A DNA stretch of 64,000 nt, from NCBI RefSeq assembly GCF_964194155.1, contig NC_135901.1:18476001-18540000 (forward strand). Reading direction: 5' to 3'. Of this stretch, positions 35,750 to 48,503 are shown piece after piece. A program made the translations under genes and the position numbers. This stretch comes from Cetorhinus maximus. Lineage: Eukaryota. Numbering within the stretch: the first letter of the stretch is position 1; each line of letters begins with the position of its first letter. The notes beneath the pieces were generated by a model. It was given only the letters and a program-made list of their open reading frames with translations. It did not search any database and had not been told where the DNA came from.

Positions 35750-36899
35750 GACAAAGTGCTTGAGAATAGAGAACATGGGAGTTATCTCCAAACTGATTGC
35801 AGATACCTGTAGTTCTGTCTCTGATGTAAAAATATCATATTATGAGAATATTGAATTGGTGAGTAAAGTTCCTCCAGGGCTCCTGAATGAGATAGAATGG
35901 CCCACCTAGAATAAGAGAAAAATCACACCATCAAATGGGAATTGGAATGACTTATCGTGGGTATAGTTCAATAGAATAGATCAACCTGGTATCCACGTAC
36001 ATCCTAGTGAAGGCCAGGAAAGCGTAGCTCAAACTAGTAAATTGATGACTTTGAAATGTTTGTATCCTTGCCTCTCAATTGCATTTGATAGTTGGACACC
36101 ACCTAAGGCATTGAACTATGCAAGAGGAGATAAGCAAAGATCTTCAGATAAACATTCCCCTAATCATTTGATAAGATTACCTGAAAATCAAGAGTGGCTT
36201 ATATCAGATGGCAACTGTGGCATGATTTTGGGATACCGGTATGAGTGTGCACATGTGATTTGTTATTTGTGGAGTAACTAACATGCAGAAATGCATGTGA
36301 AGCTACTCTGAGGAATAGGTCCCAGTCATGTTCAGCTACTTGTCAACAGAAGAACATGAAGTAATTAATGTAGTCAAGAGAATGAGACATTTTAAATCAT
36401 CAAGGTATTGGCACAAACTCCATAGACTCGGATTGACTTTAAAACAATCCGAATAGAATTAAACACACTGGTATCTATCAGATAGAGTAAAATTAAAGTG
36501 AAGAGGGATATAGAATCTGGATTTAGAAAATATCCACAAGGTGGATGCAGGTGAACAGAGAGCTGGAGAATCTTTAGAGTCCATCATGAACTTTTGTTTG
36601 AACCATACGTATTTACGACATGCCAATGATTTAAATTATGTGAGATGATCTGCAGGTGGGGAGGATGAATCAAAGTCGATATTTATCACATTTTACTCGG
36701 AACGTTTTTACATTTATTCTTGGTGGCAACTCAAGGGCTTGTGTTGCTGATTCTGTTAATTCTAGAAGCTTTAGTATGTTATCGACAGTCTGTAATCAAG
36801 AAATTAGGAAAACAAACTCGTAGCTTAGAAATGGCTGGATTAGCCAGAAATCTGATGTGAGAAGTCAATAGTATATTCCCTTCTCAAGGTTGGGAGATC
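35750..36899 (+). mobile_element. Decayed env-like region of an endogenous retrovirus or LTR element
   Basis: Ends in a hydrophobic anchor and basic tail (HILLGTFLHLFLVATQGLVLLILLILEALVCYRQSVIKKLGK..NLM*), then a purine-rich tract and an LTR. Confidence 0.55.
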
Positions 36900-37632
36900 T
36901 GTAAGAAATCACCATCAAATAACCTTATGAAATCTTCAAAAATTTATGAACTGTTATAAGAATCTCTCTGTCTCACTTATGAAGAAAGCTTCCTGGGTTG
37001 ACAGACACAGGACAGTGAGGCCTGTTAACTCTGCCAAGGACATGTCTCCAGTACAGACCCTGAAACAAGACAAACTTGATAGGGTGAGGGGGACCTCATG
37101 TCCCAAATGTAAACTAACTGTCTGAGTAAAGATTAAACAGGATGTTCTAGAGAGAGGTGAGCCACAAAATGGCAAAAAGATGATGGAATAAGCGATAGAC
37201 ATTAGAACCCCAGAAATAAGGTATATGATCAGGATTTCGAGAGGGAAAATCACCTCAGACTAGGAAGAGCTTCTCAAAGTGATCTGTGCCAGCTTCAGCT
37301 GAACACTTTGGCTCAAGGAAACCGAGAAGAGAAGAATCTGTCACCTCCAGCCACGGAAATCAGCATCCCCCTGATCCGGGACCAGTAAACCATTCCGAGG
37401 AGACTGTCACCTCCAGCCACGGAAATCAGCATCCTCCCCTGCTTCTCCCCATCCATTTGTCCAATCAGGGACCAATAAACCGTTCTCACCAGTTATGGGT
37501 CATATGTTTTTTCTGCCTATTTAACTGATGTATTGTATCTAAACTATTGCTTCATAATAAAATGCTTTAAGATCACCCCGGACTTCGACCCACTTTTTGG
37601 GTAATCGGTAACTCCCAGCCTAAAATTTTACA
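36900..37632 (+). mobile_element. LTR (733 bp)
   Basis: TGTAA...TTACA termini; AATAAA near 37556; internal direct repeat GTCACCTCCAGCCACGGAAATCAGCATCC twice. Confidence 0.7.
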
Positions 37633-37696
37633 CTTGTCCATGAAAGTAATTGAAGGTATCAGAACTGGAATAATCCAGAGTAATGATGAGGTGTTA

Positions 37697-38137
37697 GTTG
37701 TGGGTCAGTGGTTGCATTCTTATCTCTCAGTCAGGAGGTTGTGGGTTCAAATCCACATCCAGAAACATGAGCATAAAATCCAGGTTGATATTTTGATGCA
37801 TTACATGCACTGCACTGTCAGAGGTCCTGTCTTCCAGATCAGACCTTCAACTATGGCCCCATCTGCCCTCTCAGTTGATGTAAAAGTTCCCATGATGTTA
37901 TTCCAAAGAGCAGGGGAGTTCTCCCTGGTGTACTGTTTCATATTTATCCTCAGCAAACATCACTGAACAGATTCTCTGGTCACAATCACATTTCTATGAG
38001 TGGGATCTTGCTATGCACAATTTGGCGTCTGCATTTCCTCCATTACAACAGTGCCTACATTTCAAAAGAACGTCATTAGCTGTAAAGCACTGTGGGACAT
38101 CCTGAAGCTGTGAAAGGTGCTATATAAATACAAGTCT
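37697..38137 (+). mobile_element. Near full-length Deu-domain SINE (SacSINE1/AmnSINE-like)
   Basis: tRNA-like head (GGTTCAAATCC B box); Deu core (TGCACTGTCAGAGG..GTAAAAGTTCCCATG..GAGCAGGGGAGTTCTCCC); tail GTGAAAGGTGCTATATAAAT. Confidence 0.8.
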
Positions 38138-38344
38138 CCATTAATAAAGGAGAAAAGGTCCAAAAATGGAACAGTCGGTAACAGGACATCAATCAGTCTC
38201 TTCTTTGAGAAATCAAGGGCTCGAACATCGTGTGTTTGACACAAAGCTGATTTATTTAATCTAAATCCAGAATATTAAACTCCAGCCTATCTAGAGATTA
38301 TTGTCATCAACTGAAACAAACTCCGACTTTCAGGATGAAATGGT

Positions 38345-39070
38345 TCAGTCCTGGATGTGATTAACAGCAGCAATAATAGCAGAATCCAACCCCTGCAACT
38401 TGTGAACTCGCTGGTGTGTCTGCAGGGTGGATGAACGAGAGAATCCCTTGCCATACACGGAGCAGGTCAACGGTCTCTCCCTGGTGTGAACTCGCTGGTG
38501 TTTCAACCGGAGGGAATGCAGAATAAATCCCTTCCCACACACACAGCAGGTGAACGGCCTCTCTCCAGTGTGAGTGTGCTGGTGAGTCAACAGATCCATT
38601 TTGCCTTTGAAACTCCTCTCACAGTTAGGACATTTGAAAGGTCTTGTGTCAGAGTGAACACATTGATGCGAAGTAAGTAGGGCGAGCTGAATGAACCCCT
38701 TTCCACACTCGGAGCAGGTGAATGGTCTCACCCCAGTGTGAATGTGCTTGTATCTCAGCAAGGTGGATAACTGAGTGAATCCCTTCCCACACACACAGCA
38801 GGTGAATGGCCTCTCCCCAGTGTGAACTCTCTGATGATCCAACAGTTTACATAACTGAGTGAATGCCATCCCACACTCAGGGCAGGCGAATGGTTTCTCC
38901 CTAGTGTGAACTCGCATGTGTATGAGAAAGCCAGATAACTGAGTGAATCCCTTCCCACACTCGGAGCAAGTGAACAGCCTCTCCCCAGTGTAACTACGTT
39001 GATGAATTTCCAACACAGATGCGGATCTGAATCCCTTCCCACAGTCTCCACATTTCCACGGTTTCTCCAT
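38345..39070 (-). CDS. ZNF7: C2H2 protein, 8 fingers (3 with lost ligands) plus 17-aa tail, subfamily A
   Basis: Open ORF of 241 aa; H>Y in fingers 1 and 4 and C>Y in finger 8, so it may be decaying; acceptor at 39411-39413. Confidence 0.75.
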   Translation of the reverse strand: MEKPWKCGDCGKGFRSASVLEIHQRSYTGERLFTCSECGKGFTQLSGFLIHMRVHTREKPFACPECGMAFTQLCKLLDHQRVHTGERPFTCCVCGKGFTQLSTLLRYKHIHTGVRPFTCSECGKGFIQLALLTSHQCVHSDTRPFKCPNCERSFKGKMDLLTHQHTHTGERPFTCCVCGKGFILHSLRLKHQRVHTRERPLTCSVYGKGFSRSSTLQTHQRVHKLQGLDSAIIAAVNHIQD

Positions 39071-39659
39071 GTGTCAGTGTCTTAGTATCTCACCAGGTTG
39101 GATGATCAGTTGAAGCCTCGTCCACACACAGAACACAGTATGGCCTCTCCCCACTGTGAATGGTGTGATGTTTTTTTAGGCTGTGTAACTGGATAAAGCT
39201 CTTTCCACAGTCAGTTCACTGGAACACTCTCACTGGGGTGTGTGTCTGTCTGTGAAGTTGCTTTTCCAGTTACACTGATATTTGAAATCCACAGAGCATA
39301 GGAAAAATTCTTCTTCCACGTTCAAATATCCAATGATATTCAGGTCTTGATGAATCAAGTGACTTCGTCAGATCTGCAGAAAGTTTTGCAAATTATACCC
39401 TTCTAATCTCCTGTAAAAGGAGTTGACAGTTTGAGTGTCGCTATCATCCCAGGATAGAAATTCAGAATAGGAAATTATAGTTCCGATGGAACATTCTTCT
39501 CTTGTGGTTCAATCAAACTGAAAGAAGGGAAAATCAGCAACAAAGTCCCAACAAGAGTTTAGAGAACCTTTCTAAATAAATAAGAATATCGTTCCCAGTG
39601 TATATGAAGCACTCTGTCCGCTGATGTCCCCACCAATTCTGCAAGGTATCAAGAGGTGG

Positions 39660-40080
39660 ATACCGCATGGTTAAGGACATCTCCTCAGGGCTGGAGAGGA
39701 ACTTGGAGTGGGAGGGGAGGGATCCAGTTGTCATCACCAATGTTGGTACCAACGACATTGATAGCACCAGAAAGGAGGTTCTGCTGAAAGAATTTGAACA
39801 ATTAGGAGCCAAATTTAAAAAGTAGAACCTCCAAGGTAATAATCAAGGGATTGCTACCTGAGCCATGGGCAAACTGGCATAGAGTAAATAAAACCAAGGA
39901 GTTAAATGTGTGGCTCAGAGATTAGTGTGGGAGGAATGGGTTTCAGTTCATGCGGAACTGGCACCAGTGCTGGGGTAGAAGGGAGCTGTTCCGGTGGGAC
40001 GGTCTTCATTTGAACCGTCCTGGGACCAGTGTCCTGGCAAACTGAATAACTGGGGCTGTAAGAGAGGGCTTTAAACTAAA
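39660..40080 (+). mobile_element. CR1 ORF1 (SGNH esterase) fragment
   Basis: VGTNDI..KEVLLKEFEQLGAK, GLLPEP and DGLHLN motifs. Confidence 0.8.
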
Positions 40081-40103
40081 TGGGTTGTTTGGGGTGTGGG
40101 GAG

Positions 40104-40255
40104 GTTTTTTTTTTGCAAAAATATACTTTATTCATAAAATGTCTTCAACCACATTCCAAACCATTTCAAAAACACCATTACAAGGGTACAATCCGGTTCA
40201 ACTTTTACAATTTGTATCACCAGGTGCATCAGTACAAACAATATTACAATCATTT
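40104..40255 (-). mobile_element. Poly(A)-tailed LINE 3' end (Tx1/L1-like)
   Basis: Minus strand TTTTATGAATAAAGTATATTTTTGCAAAAAAAAAA. Confidence 0.6.
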
Positions 40256-41418
40256 ACAGCCTTCTGGAAGTCCAAGTAGATAACATCCATTGGCTCTCCT
40301 TTGTCTAACCTGCTCGTTACCTCCTCAAAGAATTCTAACAGATTTGTCAGGCATGACCTCCCCTTGATGAAACCATGCTGACTTTGCCCTATTTTACCAT
40401 GCACTTCCAAGTATTCTGAAATCTCATCCTTAATAATGGACTCTAAAATCTTACCAACAACCGAGGTCAGGCTAATCGGCCTGTAATTTCCCGTCTTTTG
40501 CCTCACTCCCTTCTTAAACAGGGGGGTTACATTAGCGATTTTCCAGTCCTCTGGGACCCTCCCTGACTCCAGTGATTCCTGAAATATCACCACTAACGCT
40601 TCTACTATCTCTTCAGCTATTCCTTTAGAACTCTGGGGTGTAATCCATCTGGTCCAGGTGATTTATCCACCTTCAGACCTTTCAGTTTTCCTAGCACCTT
40701 CTCCTTGGTAATGGCCACCATACTTACCTCTGCCCCCCGACTCTCTTGAACTTTGGGGATGTTACTCATGTCTTCCACCGTGAAGACTGACGCAAAGTAC
40801 CTCGTCAGTTCCTCTGCCATTTCTTTGTTCCCCGCTACTACTTCTCCAGCGTCATTTTCCAGCAGCCCAATGTCCACTTTTGCCTCTCTCTTACCCTTCA
40901 TCTATCTAAAAAAAACTCTTGCAATCTTCTTTTATATTTTTTATATTACTGGCTAGTTTGCCCTCATATTTAATCTTCTCCCTCCTTATTTCTTTTTTAG
41001 TTGTCCTCTGTTGGTCTTTGTAGGCTTCCCAATGCCCTGGTTTCCCACTGCTCTTCGCTGCATTGTATTCTTTCTCTTTAGCTTTTATGCTGTCCCTGAC
41101 TTCCCTTGTGAGCCATGGTCGCCTCGTCTTCCCTTTAGTATGCTTCTTCTTCCTAGGGATGAATTTTTGCTGTATCTCCCAAATTCCTCCCAGAAACTCC
41201 TGCCATTGCTGTTCCACTGTCTTTCCTGCTAGGCTCATCTCCCAGTCAATTCTGGCCAGCTCCTCCCTCATGCCTCTGTAGTTGCCTTTATTCAACTGTA
41301 ACACCGTTACATCTGATTCCAGCTTCTTCCTCTCCAATTACCGGGTAAATTCTATCATATTATGGTCACTTCCTCCTAAGGGTTCCTTCACCTTAAGCTC
41401 CCTTATCAAATCTGCCTC
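40256..41418 (-). mobile_element. CR1 ORF2 internal fragment (tether to RT start)
   Basis: KSPGPDGLHPRVLKE, NYRPISLTSVVGK, QHGFIKGRSCLTNL, DVIYLDFQKA. Confidence 0.93.
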
Positions 41419-41774
41419 TACTTCTGCTCCTTTGTTTCATGGTCTTATGGAGCTAGCTGATTTCCTCTTGACGAGAACAAGCAAAGGCACGATGGGCTGA
41501 ATGGCCTCCATCTGTATTGTACTCATTCAATGATTCTATGACTTGAAGAAAAAAGGGCCGACACTGGAGGCCAGGGACCAATGCCCAACCTGATACAAAC
41601 TGGCACTTAATTGGTTTGTCTGTGATTCCAGACTTGGTTCCATGAGCAATGCCTGCAATAAAATAATAGCAAAATACTGCAGCTGCTGGAAATCTGAAAT
41701 AAACAGAGACAATGCTGGAAACACTCAGCAAGTCAGGTAGTATCTACAGAGAGAGAAACCAAATTAATGTCCCT

Positions 41775-42720
41775 GGGCCACGATGATACGCATGCGCCTA
41801 GCTGCACAGTGCCCCTCACTTACACAACATGTTTCCAGAGCCTCTCCGTCCTGCCGGATCCATCGCTCCCTCCGCCCCGCCATCCCCCCCTTTACCCATT
41901 GGGGATCTGACAAAGAACCATCTGTCCATCGCTATTAGTCGCAGTGCGCATGCTCTAAACACTGTTTGGCACTGCGCCTCCGCATTGCTCTCCTGTTATG
42001 TGGATAGGGGACATACTTCACCGAGGGGAATGCTAGGTGGAAGAGCCGCCATTGTGCACCACGATTATTCTGAAGAATGATCATATTGCACCCTCTCTCC
42101 ACAGATGCTACCAGACCTGCTGAGGTTTTCCAGCGTTTTCCGTACTTATATTCTATCCTGATATGTTTTGCACTGAGGGGGTGGACACTGATGCAGGAGG
42201 GTGAAATAATACAATTAGAAAACAAATTATGCGGACACGGAGACATGACCGCCCTGAAGACGGGTAATACAGACTCGAAACGCGAAACGTTAACTCTGTT
42301 TCTCTCTGCACAGATACTGTCAGACTTGCTGAGTTTTTCCAGCATTTTCTGTTTTAATTTCAGATTACCAGCATCCAAAGTATTTTGCATTAATTATACT
42401 GAAACGCATTTGTGGGTGAGACCATTGTGATAGATGAGCGGTACACGTCTTCTTCTGTGTTGAGCTATCTTGTGAAAACGAGACTATAATGGCAGTCAAT
42501 GCTACCCGGAATGCTTCGCGCGAGTGAATACGCCATATCGCATCAGAAGGGCCGCAGTGCGCAGATGCGGGAAGGTTCCGCCCCGGGCGCCAGCCTGCGC
42601 GGGGCATGCGCAGTGCGACTCCTGGAAGCTGAGCAGGGTTGAGTGCGGCTCTCAGAGTCTGAAGGGGTGGGGGGTGGTGGGGAGGTACATCAGACAGCGG
42701 CTGGAGGGAAGGGGTTTATT
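41775..42720. promoter_or_regulatory. Bidirectional CpG-island promoter between ZNF7 (-) and ZNF8 (+), interrupted by Penelope tail fragments
   Basis: NRF1 and YY1 motifs; 42486-42620 aligns with 9345-9480, and 41788-41815 with 9188-9216. Confidence 0.75.
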
Positions 42721-43377
42721 ACCTGACGTAAGGTCAGAGACCTGAAACATTAACTCTGTCTCCCTCTGCTCAGATACTGCCTGAACTGCTGAGTATTTCT
42801 TTTTGTTTCAGATTTCCAATTTTGCAGATTTTTGCTATTGCTTTATTGCAGGAATTGCTCACAGAATCGAGCCCAGAAACATAACAGCCGGTTTGCATTA
42901 GAGTGGCGGGTGGATGAGGAAGCCGCTCCCTGTCCTCCTGTGTAGGTTTTCTTGTTTCAGTTGATCTGGACGAGAGATCGAGGAGAAGCTGCTGGGTTTA
43001 ATCTCGAGTCCTGTTGAGAGGAGCAGGGTCCAACAATTTCCAGTGTGGGATTATCGGGGGAGATGGATTCTAACGGAGATCGGGTTGTACAACAGACATT
43101 GTCCATTCAGTGTAAAAGAGCATCGTTTCAGGAACAAGTATTTCTGTGGAGGCTTTTAATCCATTTTACATATCCAGATATTTTAATTTATTTGGGGTTG
43201 TGGGTATCATTAGCACGATGACATGTATTATTAATTCCCAGTGACTGATTGAGGAAATGTTAGTGGGCCTTCTTCTTGAAGCACAGTGAAGAAGATGCTC
43301 TCACAGTGCTGTTAGGTGAGGAGTTACTGGATTTTCACCCAGCGATGATGAAGGAATGGTGGCGCATTTCCAAGTTT

Positions 43378-43895
43378 TCTTTTAGTCATTCACGGGATGT
43401 GGGCTTCGCTGGCTGGGCCAGCATTTATTGCCCATCTCTAATTGCCCTTGAGAAGGTGGTGAGCTGCCTTCTTGAACTGGTGCAGTCCATGTGTTGTAGG
43501 TACACCCACAGTGCTTTTGGGGAAGGAGACCCAGGATTTTGACTCAACAACAGTGAAGGAACGATGATATATTTTCAAGTCAGGATGGTGAGTGATTTGG
43601 AGGGGAATTTCCAGGTGGTGGTGTTCCCATCTATCTGCTGCCCTTGTCCTTCTGGGTGGTAGAGGTCGTGGGTTTGGAAGGCGCTGTCTAAGGAGCCTTG
43701 GTGAATTCCTGCAATGCATCTTGTAGATGGTACACACTGCTGCTATTGTGCGTCGGTGGTGGAGGGAGTGAATGTTTGTGGATGTGGTGCCAATCAAGCA
43801 GGCTGCTTTGTCCTGGACGGTGTCAAGCTTCTTGAGTGTTGTGGGAGCTGCACTCATCCAGGCAAGTGGGGAGTATTCCATCACACTCCTGACAC
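43378..43895 (-). mobile_element. CR1-group LINE 3' portion (second family)
   Basis: ORF 43438..43902 (VRSVMEYSPLAWMSAAPTTLKKLD..SLHHRR). Confidence 0.85.
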
Positions 43896-44269
43896 CTGAC
43901 AAGTCAACAACATCACCTTGAATTTATATATCCTTTGACACAGCCTCTCCATCGGCAAGTTTTAAAAAAATATTATTTCATGGTATTTGGTCATTACTGA
44001 CAAGGTCAGCACTTGTTGCCCATCCCTAATTGCCATTGCACTGTGTGTCTTGCTAGGCCATTTCAGAGGCAGTTAAGTGTCAACCACATTGCTGTGGGTC
44101 TGGAGATACTTGTAGGGCAGACCAGGTACTCACATCATATGGACTGCAACGGTTCAAGGAGACAGCTCACCACCACCTTCTCAAGGGATGGCAATTAGGG
44201 ATGGGCAATGAATGCTGGCCTAGCCAGCAACACCCACATCTCATTCAAGAATAAAGAAGAACAGTGGTA

Positions 44270-44693
44270 ATGGTTGAACAAGACGAGGTGTAAGCACACT
44301 GGCAGCAGAGTTTTGGATGATCTGAGGTTTATAGGTGATTGAATGTGGGAGGCCGGCTGGGAGCACATTAGAATTGTGAAGTCCAGAGGTAACAAAGGAA
44401 TGGATGAGAGTTTCAGAGCAGATGAGCTGAAGCAGGGGCATGGCTGTGTGATGTCCCTGAAGTGGAAACAGACCGTCTTTGTGATGTCACAGATATTTGG
44501 TCAGAAGCTCAGCTGAAATATGACATCAAGATTATGAGCAGATATATCTAACATTAGACAGTTACCTGGGAAAGAGATGAAGCGGGTGCTTAGGGAGTGG
44601 AGTTTGTAGCGGAGTTTGAGGATAATGGCTTCAGTTTTCCCAATATTCAAATGGAAGAAATTTCTGTTCATCCAGTACTGGATATCAGACAAG
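44270..44693 (-). mobile_element. L2 fragment upstream of ZNF8
   Basis: DIQYWMNRNFFHLNIGKTEAI; ETLIHSFVTS. Confidence 0.8.
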
Positions 44694-45079
44694 TCAGGAC
44701 GATGTGTGATTTGGAGGTGATGGTGTTCATAGGTGGTGGAGGTTGAGGATTTGGGAGGTTCTGTCAAACCTTTGGTTGAGTTGGAGAACTATAAACCCCC
44801 CCACCCCCACTTCCCCCTTCACCGTTCCCTCTCTCTCTTTCTCTCTCTCTTCCCATAGAGGACAGAGTCTTCTGTAGGTCCAGACCAGGTGACAGGCTCC
44901 TTTCCCTGAAGGATATTAGTGAACCAGTTGGATTTTTAAAACAATTCGGCAGTTTTCATGGTCACTTTTTCCTAGTGCCGGCCCCACAAATTACCAGATA
45001 CATTCAGCTCAATTTCACAACCTGCCTCTTTGTTTTTATGAATTCTCTCACACCCCATTTTTAAAAATCCATTTCACAG

Positions 45080-45825
45080 GATAGCAGAAAGATTTGCAGC
45101 CAGGAAACTCAAACATCTCATCAGGATCTGACAGAGTTGCCTAACTTACCCTAACCTGAATATCATAGGAAGGAAAAAGCAGCATTTTCAGCAGAGAAAA
45201 ATCATACATGTGTTCTGCATGTGGATGAGGATTCAGCCAATCATCTAGCCTGTCGAGACACAAGCGCAGTAACACCGGGGAGAAACCATATAAATGTGGT
45301 GACTGTGGGAAGAGATGTAATTATCCATTTGAGTTGGAAACTCATCGATGTAGCCACACTGGGGAGAGACCGTTCACCTGCTCCTTGTGTGGGAAGGAAT
45401 TTGCTAATTTACCCAACCTGCTGCAACACCAGCGCAGTCACACTGACGAGAGACCTTTTAAATGTCCCGACTGCAGAAAATGCTATAAAAGTTCTGGGGA
45501 ACTGATGACACATCAGCGTGTTCACACTGACGAGAGACCATTTAGGTGCCTTCACTGTGGGACTGGTTTCCGCCAATCATCTCAACTCACTGTACACCAG
45601 CGAATTCACACTGGAGAGAGACCATTCACCTGTTCAGTATGAGGGAAGGGATTCACTCGATCATCCTGTCTGGTGCGACACCAGAGAGTTCACACTAGGG
45701 AGAGGCCATTTACCTGCATCACTTGTGGGGTGAGGTTTACTTGTTCATCCAACCTGCTGAGACACCAGCGAGTTCACAAACAACAACAGCGATTGGATTT
45801 TGATGTTAATCACATCCAGGACTGA
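45080..45825 (+). pseudogene. ZNF8: C2H2 pseudogene, 7 fingers, subfamily B
   Basis: ATG deleted from the leader; TGA at 45226 and 45640. Confidence 0.85.
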
Positions 45826-45910
45826 ACTATGTTCATTGGGATCTGTTTCTATTGATGCTAATGAACTCCAGCCCTTATATTCTGGATAAAAGTCAAATGA
45901 GTCAGCTTTC

Positions 45911-47005
45911 TGTTCTGATCTCAAGGAAGACCATTAAGTTTTGAAAGGAAATTCAAACTCCCAGTTATTAACTGAAAGAATTACAGCACAAGGCTTCATG
46001 TTTTAAAGAAAAATCTTTACTGTACAAGAATTAAACAAAGCAGGTACTAGTAACTTAAAACTACATTTCGTAAACATTTATTCTTTCAGCCTGAAAATCT
46101 CAATGTGGCACTCCATGATCTATTTATATTTCACCTGAGTTCCCCTATACTTTCCAGGATCTTGAGGGTTCATTCACTTTCCGTGGGACCAAACCAAGGT
46201 GTGCCACAGCTCTAAGGTCCTTCTACTATTATTCAGCCAGGTTACACTGCAATTCTGTTTAAGCACCTCACAATCGTGGACATCGAGCTCAAGCAGGTGC
46301 TTCTTGCTTAGCAGTTTACAGATTCTGGCAGCTTTTCTCTCTCTGCCTGTTTGCAACTGTTCCAGCTCCAGACGTAAACTGCCTGCATCTGTGAGAAAAT
46401 ACTCAGATGAACCCAAAACAAAACAAATGAAAACGCATTCCTTCAATATATCCACAGGTCCCAGATAGAGATTCGAACCAATCATTTACAATTCCCAAAC
46501 CTATCCTTTGATCTGAAAGGTATATGGATACTTTAAGACTTTCTGTTGTTTACCAGTTGCTTTCCAACCTTCCTATAATCTGGGAAATTACATGAAGAAT
46601 TTATACTTCTAAAGGGGACAACTGTCATCTTACCAGACTCACTGACTCCATTCTGAAGCTGAGAGAAACCACCTCTTGTTTATTATCCTCTTACCTTGAA
46701 CTCTAACCTTATTAAATAAGCAAATTCACCTTTTGAATTAAAATCACTTTCAGTTTGTTTACTGACCTCCCAAATCAAGTGCTTCCTTATCTTATTTTAA
46801 AACTTCGACCTCCAAAGTATAAGTTACATTTTTCAAATAAATCATTCATGAAATTAGACATTTTTGTAACATTTGTATGGAAAGGTTTGTTTACTGACCT
46901 CCCAAACCAAGTGCTTCCTTATGTTATATTTAAATCTTCGATCCCCCAAAGTAAAAGTTATTTTCCTCAAACATATCTTTCATGAAATTAGACATTTTTG
47001 AAACA
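45911..47005 (-). mobile_element. Solo LTR-like insertion with a duplicated terminal ~120 bp
   Basis: Interrupts the conserved 3' flank (CAGCTTT..AAACACACAA); TGTT/AACA ends; repeat at 46754-46871 and 46886-47005. Confidence 0.55.
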
Positions 47006-47059
47006 CACAAAATGTTGAGTCTTTTTAATATCTCAATATCACAAGTTACTTCCTTTTGA

Positions 47060-48075
47060 AGTGCTCTCCCTCTCCCTGTCTCCACCATCCTCACCTCCAA
47101 CAACAAGTGTGAGGAGCTCATGAAGCTTCTCAGATTGAGACAATCCGATGAGCTGCCTCTTCTGCTTCCCTCTCTTCCAGTGGTCCACTGTGCTGAACTG
47201 CCTCCAAAGTTCCCCTTTTCCTAGTCCTGAACTTGCATCTTCTCCGCTTACCCTCCCATCACCTCTCATGCCCTCTCAGTGCTCATCCTGCCCATGAGAC
47301 CCACTTCCTCTTCCCTCAATCTTATTCTCACTATACTAGAGACCACCCAAACTCCCCAGTTATCTGATATTGTTAATGGTTCTCTGTCAGGTACTGTGCT
47401 GTTAACTCTAAATCTGCCATCATCATCCCTCTCCTCAGAAAATAAACTCTTGACTCCACCATTCTTGCAAACTTCCACCCCACCTCTAACCTCCTTTTTG
47501 TCTCCAAAGTCTGAGAACATTTTGTCGCCTCCCAAATCCATTCCCATCCTTCCTGGAACTCCATGTTTCAATCCCTCTAATCAGATTTCTGTCCCTCTAT
47601 CATAAGAACATAAGAACTAGGAGCAGGAGTAGGCAATTCAGCCCCTCAAGCCTGCCCCGCCATTCAATATGATCATGGCTGATCTCATTTCGGCCTCAAC
47701 TCCAATTTCCCGCCCTCTCCCCATAACCTTTCAACCTGTTACTAATTAAAAATCTGTCTATCTCCTCCTTAAATTTATTCAGCATACCGGCACCCACTGC
47801 ACTGTGATGTAGTGAATTCCATAGATTCATGACCCTTTGAGAAAAGTGATTCCTCACATCTCTGATTTAAATCTACCGCCCCTTAATCTAAAACTATGGC
47901 CCATCACAGTACTGGAACTCCTATCAAAGTCACAGATGACATCCTATGTAACTGTGACAAAGGTAAACTATCTTCCACAGATGCTGTCAGAGCTGCTAAG
48001 TCTTCCCAGCAATTTTTGTTTTTGTAAACTATCCATCCTTGTCCTTTTCGATCTGTATGCAGCCTTTTACCAAAT
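47060..48075 (+). mobile_element. L2 fragment downstream of ZNF8, with a nested antisense CR1 tail (47602-47900)
   Basis: Paralogous to 14440-15100. Confidence 0.8.
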
Positions 48076-48503
48076 GATCATTTCATTATTTCTCTCAGAG
48101 GTTTGTTAGTCTCCAGGATTCTCTTCCCCAGAGCACAGTGGTGGCAGGATCATTAAATATATTTAAGGCTGAGTTAGATAGTTGTTGATTAATAATGGAG
48201 TCCAAAGTTAATGGGGGTGGGCATGAAAGTAGAGTTGAGACCACAGTCTCGCAAAGCCGGTTCAAGGGGCTGAATGGCCTACTCCTGCTCCTAATTCGTA
48301 TGTTCGTATGAATGTCCATATTCAGTTTGTTGTCATTTTCTTGCTTCTTCCTCCAGACTATTTCAGTTCTCAAAACTTCAGTATTCCCTCAAATCCCTGC
48401 TGTCTGCCCTGAATTAATCCATTTCACTAAGAAATGTAGAAATGTTTGCTCCACACCCACAGGGTTTCATCTGTTTAAAGCCACAAACAGAAAGGTCCAG
48501 TTT

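Noticed and set aside
5895-37632. The two ~733-bp LTR-like elements as paired LTRs of one provirus
   Set aside because: Similar length only; no visible sequence similarity, opposite orientation and 30 kb apart.
37697-37770. tRNA gene (also near 23595)
   Set aside because: Degenerate A/B boxes forming the head of a SINE, with no intact cloverleaf.
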